A program made the translations under genes and the position numbers. Positions 1-12,707 of a DNA stretch of 64,000 nucleotides are shown here, in pieces. This DNA comes from Octopus vulgaris. Taxonomy: Eukaryota. The notes under the pieces were generated by a model, which did not search any database, was not told the origin of the DNA, and saw only the letters and a list, made by a program, of their open reading frames with translations. Location: contig OX597819.1 of NCBI GenBank assembly GCA_951406725.2, positions 105,648,001-105,712,000 of the forward strand, in the 5' to 3' direction. The number at the start of each line of letters is the position of its first letter. Within the stretch, counting starts at the first letter, position 1.

Positions 1-45
1 TGAGATCCTAATGAAATTTTGCGTTCGAATTCTTCAAAATGTAAC

Positions 46-212
46 TCTCTTTACTCTCTTTTACTTGTTTCAGTCATTTGACTGCAGCCATGCTGGAGCA
101 CCGCCTTTAGTCGAGCAAATCGACCCCGGGACTTATTCTTTGTAAGCCCAGTACTTATTGGAACCATGTGGCTGGTTAGCAGGCTACTTACCACACAGCC
201 ACTCCTGCGCCT
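46..212 (-). mobile_element. tRNA-derived SINE family A, internally deleted copy
   Basis: Matches the copies at 32312-32703 and 49390-49836, but jumps from ...cagtacttatt to ggaaccatgtgg at ~159/160. The minus-strand head is aggcgcaggagtggctgtgtggtaag. Confidence 0.85.
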
Positions 213-849
213 ATAACTATATAATTATAATCCTGCGCTATAACTATATAATTATAATCTAAGTCTGTATTAAGTTTTTACTTCCGTTTCGGATGCTTAA
301 ATAGACTTTACGTATTTCTTCACTGTATTGCCAATTTCTATTTAATATTTATAACCTTAAACTGGGTTAATTATTCAACTGGAGAAAAATACACAGCATA
401 GATATGCTGTGACGAATGTAACTTAGACGAAGGTAGCTGATCGAATATGATGGATACAAGTAAAACCACAAGTGCAAATATTCATAAGAATTATAGGGCA
501 AAATTTTATTCTTAGCTGTTTGTTCGTTTCGATGCGTACTCTAAATGATGATTGGTATTATTACTGTAATATAAGAGGTTGGTAAACTGGCAGAATCGTT
601 AGGGACGATTAATTTCTGAATTCAGTTCAATCGAGGTAAACTTTGCATTGATCACCAATTTCGATAAAATAAAGTATCAATCAAGCACCAAAAAAAAAAA
701 ACGTTTGCAAAGCAACTTTCTTAACTATACAGCTATGTCTCAAAAATATGCATACGTATTTAAAAAATTAAGTTCATAAGTTATCACACACACATATATA
801 CGCACGCGTACACGGACGCACTTACGCGCGCGCGCGCACACACGCACAC

Positions 850-884
<35 letters not shown>

Positions 885-1063
885 TCGGAATTATAGTTGT
901 CAAGCAAATGATTTGATTGGAAACCATTTGTTGAAACTAACACAATTATAACGAGGAAGACACTTTAGCCATTTGGAAATAATAATTTATTAAGTGAAAT
1001 TAGCAGATTTTGTTTGATCTTGAATCTTGTAAACGTGTCTCCACGCTGTAACTACTGTATCAC

Positions 1064-1159
<96 letters not shown>

Positions 1160-1803
1160 GTATGACTGTCTGTCCGTCCACCAATAATTTCCCCACTCTC
1201 ACTCTCTCGTTCTCACTTCCCCTCTATTTTCGTTCTGTGTGTATGAATGAATGAATGTTCATCTATACATATATATATATGTATAGATGAACACATATAT
1301 GTATATATAAATGTATGTATACATGTGTGTTTACACCTATCTACATATATCTCTCCCACTATCTGTCTATCTATACATACATACACACGCACACACACAC
1401 ACACACACATATATATACACATACATACATACATACATGTATGTGTGCATGTGCGTATGTATCTACACATAGATGCGCCTACATACAAGCATAGACACAC
1501 GCACATACTTAAATATATACATATACATATATGCAGTTATGTGTTTACGTACGTATGTGCCGAAATTAAGAACCGAGAAAAAAGTCCACAGCTTCCAATA
1601 AGCGAATAAGTGTGTCAGGGTAGATGTACGTGTACGCACCTGTGTATATTATGTGTATGTGTACATCTAATACGCCCGCACGTACACCTACACTCATATA
1701 TGAATACATACATGTGTGTGTATACATACACGCATATACATATATGTATATATATACAAACATATATATATATACATAGATACATAGATACATAGATACA
1801 TAG

Positions 1804-1858
<55 letters not shown>

Positions 1859-2259
1859 CATACATTTATATATATACATACACACGAATATATATAGTGT
1901 ATATGTATATGTGTTCTCACTTATATATGTCGCCTGTGTGTTTGTTTTGTATAATTTCTTGGTGTCAAATCGTGCACACACACACATGCGCGGAGACACA
2001 CTCATACTCACACACACATACACACATACGAACACACATATAAATTTTATTTATTTTATGGATTAATGACTATTATAAAAATTTCTGATTGAATTATTTT
2101 ATGGTCGAACTGTATTGGTTATTTATTCATCAACTTATGATAATTATCGCTAATTTAATTGCATAGCAATAAATCATTCACTGACTTATTTATTAACTTA
2201 ATATCTTAATATCTGCAAGGTTCTTCTTGATTTAGCCTTCCATACTAATTGCTCATTGG

Positions 2260-2321
<62 letters not shown>

Positions 2322-2347
2322 TTAATGATAATAATAATGATAATGAA

Positions 2348-2396
<49 letters not shown>

Positions 2397-2421
2397 GTGA
2401 TGATTATGATGATGATGATAT

Positions 2422-2498
<77 letters not shown>

Positions 2499-2529
2499 TA
2501 ATGATGATATAATTATTATTATTAATAAA

Positions 2530-2597
<68 letters not shown>

Positions 2598-3658
2598 TAA
2601 TAATAATTATTATTATTAATTGTTGTTGTTATTGTTCTGTTGCTGTTGTTACTCAATTAAGCACTGTTTATTCTTTTATCACGTTTACAGTTAAGTAGAA
2701 ATTTACTTCCCCTCCTATCTATGCGCGAAGTTTAACTCCTCCCACTGAAAAAATACAACAAAAACAACATATTCCCTCTCTCTTTCTTACTTCTCTTACT
2801 ACTCCTCTTGAAATGTCTAGTTGTTCTCTTTTCACTGCCTTTCTAAGAGCTGCATTGTTGCTGAATGGTTAAATTAGTTTGCTTCGTAATTGCCATGTCT
2901 TAGGTTTGATCCCAATCCCGTAACGTCTTGGGCAAGTGATTTTTTTTTCACCATTATTCGAAGATTGTGACTGAAATTTGATAGACCGACACTGTTCAGA
3001 AGACTTTCCGATGGATTGCACCATAATTCAATGGCATAAATTTTTCGCACACGGGGTCGGTGATTCTATCCAAGAATTGCATGGTATACGTGTTTGAGGA
3101 ATATCCGGCCATATACATGCAACTTCAATGAACCGGTAATTACATTGACCAGGCAACTGATTCTTCTTCGTCGAAACCGATGGAGATCCTTGAAAACTGT
3201 CAAAGTCATTCAGTCAAATGCAATTGAAGCATCCAAACTCTATTTCTCTTTACCTAAGAGCCAACAACCCTTCACTCAGGGTTAACACTAACTTACTTTT
3301 TCGCTCCACCCCTAAAACTTGCATCTTTTCAGATATAAATCATAGCCATTCTCCACTTCGGTCCTACCCCATATTAAAATTAATTTGTTTGAAATTTTAA
3401 GGTGTTACCATTATTTTGTCCAACCCCAGTATATATATGTATATAGTCTATCAATTTTCGAAGGTTTGTCCGTTGTCCATCTGTCCGTCTTTTACTCCAA
3501 TCGTTCCATTTATGCTATTTCACCTACACACACACACACACACACACGCACACACACAGACGCGCACGCACACACACATGCGCACACACACATACATTCA
3601 TACATACATACATATATACGTGTTATACGCGAGTATATTAATTAATATATTGATTAAA

Positions 3659-3738
3659 GGTTGATAGCGACTTCAATCTTTCGGTTACCATCTGTCATCA
3701 GTTGGATAATGACTAATAAATCGAAGCCACTCTCAACC
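3659..3738 (-). ncRNA. Type III hammerhead-like fold with defective stem II
   Basis: Minus strand: ggttgagagtggcttcgat-TTA-ttag tcattat ccaa-CTGATGA-cagatggtaacc-GAAA-gattgaagtcgctatcaacc. It has a ~20-bp open stem III and exact core motifs, but stem I has 1 mismatch and stem II pairs poorly. Confidence 0.45.
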
Positions 3739-3980
3739 GTTTCTTGTGAGTGTTTGATAAACATGTTCTCAACTATAAAGTATTAAGTTATCGTTCAATT
3801 TAATGTTAAATTGTACATAAAAGCTAACTTTAATTTGTGAACGTGCGCGTGCGTTCGAGATATGTATGTGTGTACATGTGGATGTTGTGTGGGTATGTAT
3901 GTGTGTATAATTGTGTGTAAGTGAGTGTTTGCGAAAATATTTTAAATAATATTAGTCGTTGTATATTTGTTTCATCCTCA

Positions 3981-4206
3981 GGGTGGTGAGCTGGCAGAAT
4001 CGTTAGCACGCCGGGCGAAATGCTTAGCGATATTTCGTCTGCTGCTACGTTCTGAGTTCAAATTTCGCCGAGGTCGACTTTGCCTTTCATCCTTTCAGGG
4101 CCGATTAAATTTACGTACTGGGGTCGATATAATCAACTTAATCTATTTGTCTGTCCTTGTTTGTCCCCTCTATGTTTAGCCACCCCCGCATGGGCAATAA
4201 ATAAAT
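3981..4206 (+). mobile_element. tRNA-derived SINE family B
   Basis: ggtggtgagctggcagaatcgttagc...gagttcaaattt (A/B-box-like) followed by gtcgactttgcctttcatcc. Near-identical to 6847-7077. Confidence 0.85.
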
Positions 4207-4497
4207 AAATATTTATTTCATCCCCACTGCGTAATTATTTCCACTTGGTAACCTCTTTAATGTTCACTGCATTGAATTTGTCAAAAATAACTTAACTTTC
4301 TCGCTTTAATTTTCTCTCTGTTTCATGCTCTCTCAACACAAACACGCGGTTGAGATTATAGTCACGAGAAAATCTAAAATCTATCAGAGCACTTGCCAAG
4401 TTGTATGACAACTTCCTATCAAGAAAATCTAAGCCCTTGAATCACTGATGTAGCTTCATACACATCATAAAAAATACTAATATACTGCCTTATATAT

Positions 4498-4932
4498 TGG
4501 TTTCATATTTTGGCACAAGGCCAGCAATTTCGGGGCAGGGATAAATCGATTACTAGAACTTATTTTAAAGACCACAAAAAAGATGATAGGAAAAGTCGAC
4601 CCCTGCGGAATTTGAACTCAAAACTTGAAGACGGACGAAATACCGCTAAGCATTTTTCTCGGCCTGCTAACGATTCAGCCAGCTCGCTGTCTTATTTTCA
4701 ATAATAATAATATTAATAATCTTTTCTACTATAGGTACAAGGCCTAAAATTTGAGGGAGTGGGCTAGTCGATTAGATCAACACAAGTAAGCAACTGGTAC
4801 TTAATTTATCAACTCGGAAAGGATGAAAAGTAAAGTCTACCTTGGCAGAATTTGATCTTAGAACGTAGTGACGGGTGAAATACCGCTAAGCACTTCGTCG
4901 AGCGTGCTAACGATTCTGCCAGCTCGCCACCT
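4498..4932 (-). mobile_element. Two tandem SINE family B copies (4498-4688, 4721-4932)
   Basis: Reverse complement of the family B head (ctaacgattctgccagctcgcc) and body (ggatgaaa...aaagtc) occurs twice. Confidence 0.8.
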
Positions 4933-4937
4933 TAATC

Positions 4938-4983
<46 letters not shown>

Positions 4984-5000
4984 TAATAATAATAATAATT

Positions 5001-5031
<31 letters not shown>

Positions 5032-5908
5032 TGATGATAATAATGATGATGATGATGATAATAATGAGAGTGGTTTCTTTATTATTCATAAAATTTCAAA
5101 TGTTCTGGTACATGACTTTTGGCTCACCATGTATGTTTGTGTGTGTGTGAGAAAGAGAAAGAAAGAGTGAGAGAGAGGGAGAGAGAGAGAGAGAGGGGGA
5201 GAGAGAGAGAGCGAAAGAGAGACAGAGGGGAAAAAGAGGATAACTGATTGTCTCTTAATTCTGCATGTACACAGATGTTTTACTCCTTAGTACTATAAAT
5301 ACAGAAGAGACTAAGTGTCCAGTTTCAATAAATTAATCCTCGACACCCATAGGTTCTTCCCCTACAGGTCTGAATTAATAGAAATCAAAGAAGTATTACA
5401 GCTCAAGGAAAAATTCACCGTTCGTGTGTAACTGCTGTGCTGTGGTACAGCGTAGTTCAATAGTTCAAAGATGTGTATAATTGTTTGATGTGATTAAATC
5501 AGATGAACATGTTTTAAAGTAGATAAAATATCGAGCATTATTGTGTGTGTGTGTGTGTGTGTGTGGACAGAATGCATAACATTTTAAGTTTATTTCTCTT
5601 CCACTTTCTTCTTTTTGAAGCCTTGATCAGGATTAATTCCTGCCTATTTACTGCTACAAAGCAACATTTGCACTAAGTAGAGATTGCTTTTATCTATCTG
5701 CCTCCGCTGATATGAGAACTGCTGGCGTCTTTTATGTTCATACAAATCCTAGTTCAGAACGAGATTTACGTCATTTTTATATCGAATACGGTATATTTTA
5801 ACCACTGAACGTTAGAGAAGAGTAAATAATTAGGGATAGATAGGTAAGATAGAAAGTAACGGAGTGTCTTACTTTCCCAATTCGTCTTCCCAATTTCTCC
5901 CTTAATAT

Positions 5909-6209
5909 ATATCACGTGATCACGTGGCCGACTAGGCTATCAGATGTTGTTACACATCGCTGGTCACAATGTGCTTTGCATTGTTTTAGCTTTCAAATAA
6001 CGCCACCCCGCTGGCTAATCCAACAGAAGAAAGAGTGAGAGAAAGTTGTGGCGAAAGAGTACAGCAGGGATCGCCCCCAACCCCTGCCGGATCCTCGTGG
6101 AGTTTTAGGTGTTTTCGCTCAATAAACACTCACAACGCCCGGTCTGGGAATCGAAACCGCGATCCTACGACCGCGAGTCCGCCGCCCTAACCACTGGGCC
6201 ATTGTACCT

Positions 6210-6211
<2 letters not shown>
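5909..6211 (-). mobile_element. tRNA-derived SINE family C
   Basis: Minus-strand head ggaggtacaatggcccagtggttagggcggcggactcgcggtcgtaggatcgcggtttcgattcccagacc has clear pol III A and B boxes. It continues into a non-tRNA body and abuts (CA)n. Confidence 0.8.
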
Positions 6212-6256
<45 letters not shown>

Positions 6257-6258
<2 letters not shown>

Positions 6259-6455
6259 ATGGCTTCCAATTTTAGAACAGGGACAGTAGTTTTAGAGGGA
6301 GTTGGATAGTCGATTACTTCGACCCCAGAACTTGAATGGCACTTCTTTTATTGACCGCGAAATGGTGTAAGATAAAGTTGACCTCAATGGGATTTGAACA
6401 TACTGCGTAACATTTCTTTCTTCTGGTGCGCTACTGGTTTGCCTGCGCATCGCCT
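6257..6455 (-). mobile_element. Diverged SINE family B copy
   Basis: gtcgattac.tcgacccca...aaagttgacctc...gatttgaac is the reverse complement of the family B body. Confidence 0.6.
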
Positions 6456-6846
6456 TAACCTTTAATATGTAATAAAATCAGGAGATAACGAAGCTTTTCG
6501 GTCTCTCAGACTTCTCCAACAAAGATCTATGCAGTATTTACATTAGTTGTCTATCTAATTCAAAGAGGAATTACACTTCAAGAAGTATTGTATTTCAAGG
6601 AGAAATCCATAACTGATGAGTTGTGTATATAATAGTTAAAACTGTGTTATAATTGTTATAGAGAATTCAATCTGACGAATAATGATTGAAAGTGAATAAA
6701 AATTGCAAGAATCACTATTTATATATTATTAAAAATATATATCTTCTTTCGATAGGGTTTAGTCAGAAATACGGAGTTCTTACTTAAACACAATACACAA
6801 CAAAAGAAGTATGATATTAATAGTTTGCTTAATATACACCTCTAAG

Positions 6847-7077
6847 GGCAGCGAGCTGGCAAAAACGTTAGCACGCCGGGCGAAATGCTTAGCAGTATTT
6901 CGTCTGCCGCTACGTTCTGAGTTCAAATTCCGCCGAGGTCGACTTTGCCTTTCATCCTATCGGGGTCGATATATTAAGTACCAGTTACGCACTGGGGTTG
7001 ATGTAATCGACTTAATCCGTTTTTCTGTCCTTGTTTATCCTCTCTATGTTTAGCCCCTTTGTGGGTAGTAAAGAAAT
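6847..7077 (+). mobile_element. SINE family B, full length
   Basis: Complete head, central gcctttcatcc..ggggtcgat..aagtaccag segment and tail. Matches 3981-4206. Confidence 0.85.
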
Positions 7078-7169
7078 AATATATATACCTTTAATGTTAT
7101 TCAAGAGATAGGGACTATAAAACATAACTTTCGACTCAGGCCTACGATATATTTTATTTCCGGAAGGCG

Positions 7170-7590
7170 GTTGTACCTTGCAGAACGAGAAGTTGAATGA
7201 GAAATTCAAAAAGCTTACCAAAGCCGTTAGGAAGAAGACATCAAATATTAATCAGTAGATCATTTATATTCACTGTGGCAATGCAGGACCAGAAACGTCA
7301 TTGGCAACAAGCTAAGTACTCGGTAAATTCGGCTGGCTACTGGTCATCCACCCACTCACCTACCGTACAGCTCACATCTTGTGCCATTTAACTTCCACCT
7401 GTTCCGTCCAGTGAAGGATAAACTACAGGGATAGCAGTTTGATGATACAGAGGAGATGAAATGAATATGAAGTGGGTACAAGTGTGCAAATCACTTCTGA
7501 TAAAGACTACCGAGTTGTAACTTTGTATGGAAGAATTACTCTTCAGCACGTGCAAATTGAACGGCCTCTTTAATTCAAAACAAATGTTAT
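7170..7590 (+). pseudogene. Decayed mariner transposase, C-terminal catalytic region
   Basis: Manual translation gives IYIHCGNAGPETS (cf. HDNARPH) and THLPYSSHLVPFNFHLFRPVKDKLQG*QFDDTEEMK (cf. HPPYSPDLAPSDFHLF..LK..L.G..F). Confidence 0.7.
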
Positions 7591-7946
7591 GCTCCTTTGT
7601 GCATTACTTTAGATATAACTCTATTGTGTATGTATAAATGTATGTATGTATGTATGCATGTATGTATGTATGTATGCATGTATGTATGTATGTATGCATG
7701 TATGTATGTTTTCCCATCATGCATTACCATCATTGACCCAAGCCTCCATCCCATCATGAAATGATTAGATTATTGATACAAAGTGATCCGGACATCCAAG
7801 TTTGCCAAGTATTTTCCATAGGGATGCCCTATTCACAGTAACATGTATGTATGTATGTATGCATGTGTTCGTGCACGTGGATCTATGTATATATGCGTGT
7901 GTATGCATCTATGTATATAATTTATATACGCATGTATGTATGTCTC

Positions 7947-8021
<75 letters not shown>

Positions 8022-8464
8022 GCATATCTATCTATTTATATAACGATTGCACTTACTCCTCCCTATTGTATGTATGTATGTATGTATGTATGTATGTATA
8101 TCAGAATATCGGGCCCTTGCGTCCTCAAACCCTCTCGCACTATCACTTGTCAATGTTCTTGTATAATACACCATACAGTCTGTTTTCACAGCCCATTGTA
8201 ACCACGGTTTGCCTTCAAGACATATCTTCCACTCACTACAGTTTTTAGCACGTTGCATATGAGGATAGTCCTCATGATACACATACGAATGCATTCCCTA
8301 GGTTTCATAGATTTCCCGTGGTACAATTTTATTCAAGAGTCAAAAATCTAATGATTGTGCCATACTGATCCCTATCATCAATCAATTGCTTCATTTTTTA
8401 AAATCATTTTTACTGAAATGTAAATCAAAAGAAAATATCGAAAGGCATGGAAAGTATACTCTAG

Positions 8465-8960
8465 CAACGATTTATATCGGAGATAAAATGTAGATCTACC
8501 ACTCCACTTCGCACCAGAGACGAAATAACAATTAAAGAAGTAGAGGTAAAAGTATTTTCCAGCACCTAAGTAATTCAAAGTTTGCCTCGGTGAAAGTAAA
8601 ATCACGTGTTTAATCCTAAACGACTTTGATGGCGTGGTGTTAAGAGATTAAATGCATCACAAAGCAAAAATCACAGGTTTTTAAAAACTGATTTGCTACG
8701 GCAGCTGGAAGATTGTATCATGAAAACGCACCAAGGAACGTTGAATGCTGTGGTGATAAATCTTTACAAAAATGCACCAGCTCGCACGGCTTAGGTGTTA
8801 AAGAATGCCATTCGTAAATATATTTTTGAAGGGCTGCTTCACCTAACTTATCTATGAGAAGTTATTCCTTCTGGATTTCATCTGCTTCCAAATTAGAAGC
8901 ACCTTTTAAAAGACAGCCAGTTCTCATGCGAAGAAAAACTGCTAACGATTACAGAATAGA
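8465..8960 (+). pseudogene. Decayed mariner transposase (second family)
   Basis: Manual translation gives IYIGDKM*IYH..PETK*Q (cf. TGDETWIHHYDPETKQQS), PK*FK, YKNAPART (cf. HDNAPAHT) and HLTYL*EVIPSGFHLLPN*K (cf. HPPYSPDLAPSDFHLFPNLK). Confidence 0.7.
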
Positions 8961-9815
8961 CGTTGGGTGAAGAGCACACACAGCTCCATTTAAATAGCAT
9001 TTAGTAGCAGCGCAAGCTAAAAAACAAAAGACGAAGGCAGGTGTACAAACAACAAACAGGTGTATTAGTAATATATGTATTGAAAATATGTATTGAAAAT
9101 TAACGGTAATTTAGCTGAAGAATAAAAGAATATCTTGAAAAATAAAAATTAAAAATAAAGTATTCTTTTCTTACTGTCAAGTAATTAGGCTGAAAACTTC
9201 TGGAACAGCCCTCGTATGTTATATAATTATCTTCGAGTTTTCCTCATTAGCGTATGAAGAGTGATAGCGAGAAATATTGAAAGGTACCCAACAGTTATAT
9301 AATTTGCATTTACTTCGTGTCTAAGAGATTCATGATGGGAAAACGAGAATTTTAATAAAATTAAGCTGACAAATTTTAAACAATTGAATTTTGCTAAGAG
9401 CTAACATGATTATATTACTGTTGATCTAAAAAAGGAACCCAGTATGATTTTTAGGCAATAATCCAATGAAAATATACCAGTCAACGAGGCATCGTTTTTA
9501 CAGTCGCTCCTCGTGATAGAAATCACAGACAAGCTACTTTAAAATTACATACATCGTGTCATAAAAGTAAAGGAAGGCTGAATGGATAATGTAGTCCTAG
9601 ATTATACCACTCACGCACACGCACACACGCACACACATACGCATACATGCACACACATACCACATACACACACATCATAATATAAAGTGTGGATAGCGGC
9701 TATGTGCAAGTGATACGTGTGGCAGATATATATATATATATGTATGTTTGTATTGAACTCTAAGCGTGACTGTATGTTCGTATATACGTACATAGAATCC
9801 CCACTCATTACACAA

Positions 9816-9846
<31 letters not shown>

Positions 9847-9896
9847 TATACACACACACACGTACACTCCAACACAGATATATGTATATATACACG

Positions 9897-9936
<40 letters not shown>

Positions 9937-9960
9937 ATATATATAAATGCATATACACAT

Positions 9961-10005
<45 letters not shown>

Positions 10006-10050
10006 CATATATATATACATATATATATATATGTTTATTTTCTCGTATTC

Positions 10051-10165
10051 CTTTCTGTTGAAGAGCGTAGGCTCGAAACGTAAAAAATCTCACTTTCCCG
10101 ATCGTTAAATTAATACACCTGTTTGTTGTTTGCACACCTGCCTTCGTCTGTTTTTTTTGTAAATT
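10051..10165 (+). mobile_element. PLE-type terminal fragment with minimal hammerhead-like motif
   Basis: ttt-CTGTTGA-a-gagc gtag gctc-GAAAC GTA-aaa at 10051-10086 (A6U relative to CUGANGA). It sits in (TA)n, and part of it recurs inverted at 9019-9068. Confidence 0.5.
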
Positions 10166-10175
10166 CTAACTATAT

Positions 10176-10233
<58 letters not shown>

Positions 10234-10372
10234 ATAAATATATATAGATATAAAAAATAAACATACACACGCACACACACACATACACACACACGCATAT
10301 ATAAGTATACAAGCGTTTGTGTGTGTACGTCTCCAGAGTGAGAATTTGAAGGAGAGGGGAACGCACAAGGAA

Positions 10373-10407
<35 letters not shown>

Positions 10408-11494
10408 AAGGGAGAGAGAAATAGAAGCGGAGAGGGAGCGAGAGAGAGAAAGTTTTTACTGATAACTCAATATATAGAAGTGTGTGTGTATGTGTGTGAG
10501 CGTGTGTAAGTATGTGTGTCTGTGTATATTTTTCCATAGTGAAAGAATGGTCAGGAATTTTATATGACCCTCTCTCTCTCCCTCACTCTCCCTCTCTCTA
10601 TATATATATGTATATACATACATATATGTATATATATATGTGTATATACATATATATATATGCATATATATATGTATAAAGCTATCCACAGTGGACAGCT
10701 TTAAAGACGTCAACAACAGCAGCACCAACGACACCCCCGACGGCACCATCACTAACATTGACTAGAGGAACTTGGCCTTCAACACTAGTCTGACCAACAG
10801 TTTCCCTGATGTCCACAGTAGCAGACCTGCCAATGCCAATACTGGCAGGACCGATTGTAGCAGCAGTAACAGATCCAGTGCCGACACCAACTATATCGGC
10901 AACAACACCAGCAGCTGCAGCAGCGGCCCTAGCAGAAACACCAGCATCAGCTCGAATAATGAGACCTCTGGCAGCAGTGGCGCCCTCTACCACCATCGGT
11001 GAAGACCGAAATAATAATAATAATAGTAACAACTTTAGTCACAGTGTTAGCAACAACAGTGCCTCCTCTGTAACCAGCAACGGCGATAGCATTACCAATG
11101 CAACCACCACCACCACCACCACCACCACCACCACCACCACCACCACCACCACCACCACCACCACCACCACCACCACCACCACCATCACCACCACCACCAC
11201 CTACGCCAACACCCGACAGCTCCAGCAACAACATCGTCGACGACGACAGCACAACAACAATGGCAGCAACAACAACATCGGCGACAACATCGACAGCATT
11301 AGTAACAAATCAACAGGTATATTATCAGCAACACACGCAGGGGCGGTAGAATTACTGATATGAACACTACCTTCAGCTGTAGCAACACCAGCAGTCCCAG
11401 CTCCAACATCATCAGCATCAACATCAACAACATCAATAGCAGCAACAACAGCATCGGAGACAGCAACAACAGCAACAGCATCGATAGCTACTAG

Positions 11495-11947
11495 AACAAC
11501 AGCAGCGGCAGCAACAGCAGTGGCAGCAGCAGCAACGGTAGCAACAACAACAACAACAATAGGTACAGCATCGACATCGCGCGTCCACGAAAATACATTG
11601 GTTGTACTGGAAATCCGTTCAAGAAACGATTTTCCAACCATAAATCCTCCTTCAGAGTCCTGGAAAGGGGATACGTTACATCGCTGGCCAGCTACGTCTG
11701 GCAACTAATAGACGACAGTGTTCCACACTCGATCTCATGGAAAATCCTCGAAAGCCCAGGCCCTTACATCAACGGGACGAGACACTGCAAGCTATGCTTA
11801 GCCGAATGCATGAGAATCCCAAAAGACTCACTCGAACCAGGGACTATAATTAACTCCAGAACGGAGATTTTCGGGCCATGTTTGCATTTTAGGAGATTTC
11901 TGTTGGCATTTTGGGATCGGCAAAATGGCGGCACAGCCGGAAGTTGA
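11495..11947 (+). pseudogene. PLE GIY-YIG endonuclease fragment (open frame absent from the ORF track)
   Basis: RKYIGCTGNPFKKRFSNHKSSFR...TSLASYVWQL...ISWKILESPGPYINGTRHCKLCLAE...INSRTEIFGPCLHFRRFLL is colinear with the 27916-28479 endonuclease. Confidence 0.9.
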
Positions 11948-12122
11948 TAGCTAACGGGAAAGGGGGATGATCCCTATTGTTTACCCTCATAGCTGAATGT
12001 TGGCTGTACGGCCTGAAGTCGATAGCCATTAGCAAAGGGAGATAATCCCCTTCTTTACATCTGCACTTCTATCGAGACTTCTCCCCTCCATATTTCAAAG
12101 AGTTCTTAGGTCAACAGGTCTT

Positions 12123-12183
12123 GAGGTCTGACAATACGCCATAAAGTTAAACCCGTTATGGACGGGAAACCCAGGGTAACCCC
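12123..12183 (+). ncRNA. Degenerate type I hammerhead
   Basis: gaggt-CTGACAA-(ccataa/ttatgg stem II)-GAAACCCAGGGTA-acccc. G8 is changed to A without a compensating change at C3. Confidence 0.55.
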
Positions 12184-12227
12184 ATAAACAGGCCTTCAGC
12201 AAGAAAAATATATTCATATATACATAA

Positions 12228-12287
<60 letters not shown>

Positions 12288-12377
12288 CAACAATTGAGGG
12301 TAAAATTAATTAATTAATCAATTTCACCAAGTATTCAGTATGCAAAGGGACCATTTAAGGCGAATTCAAATTATTAC

Positions 12378-12662
12378 ATTATATAAAAGGGCTTAGTAAA
12401 ATAAATTACTTTGCCGCATACTGAACTCATTAGAAATAGCAGCTAAAAAAAACTTTTTTAAAACTATTTCCAATACTTAAAGAAAATCTCTCTCAAATAG
12501 TGCTTGTTCAATTCAACTCAACTTTCGTGAGTTGAATTGAACAAGCACTATTTGAGAGAGATTTTCTTTAAGTATTGGAAATAGTTTTAAAAAAGTTTTT
12601 TTTAGCTGCTATTTCTAATGAGTTCAGTATGCGGCAAAGTAATTTATTTTACTAAGCCCTTT

Positions 12663-12670
<8 letters not shown>
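12378..12670. repeat. Perfect palindrome, 143-bp arms, 7-nt spacer
   Basis: 12378-12520 is the reverse complement of 12528-12670. The spacer is actttcg and the unit lies within (TA)n. Confidence 0.95.

Positions 12671-12707
<37 letters not shown>

Larger units (their letters stand above)
10682..12220 (+). mobile_element. 5'-truncated PLE (low-complexity linker, GIY-YIG C-terminal half, 3' end with degenerate HHR)
   Basis: S/N-rich frame leading into the endonuclease ORF below. HHR-like motif at 12123-12183. Flanked by (TA)n. Confidence 0.8.

Noticed and set aside
6130-6211. Genuine tRNA gene
   Set aside because: The tRNA-like head lacks a proper acceptor stem and terminator and continues into a SINE body.
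6486-6720. HHR-like words (minus GAAAAGCTTC near 6490, CTGATGAG at 6613, CTGACGA...GAAA at 6672)
   Set aside because: The core or stems I/II fail to pair. They may be very old HHRs but cannot be supported.
10809-11704. Mucin-like or poly-P/G/T ORFs as a host gene exon
   Set aside because: They are alternative frames of an ACC/AGC/AAC tract contiguous with a PLE endonuclease fragment.
12600-12670. CTAATGAG-led hairpin in the palindrome as an HHR or SECIS
   Set aside because: G5 is missing, GAAA is out of register, and there is no opposing GA for a SECIS quartet.
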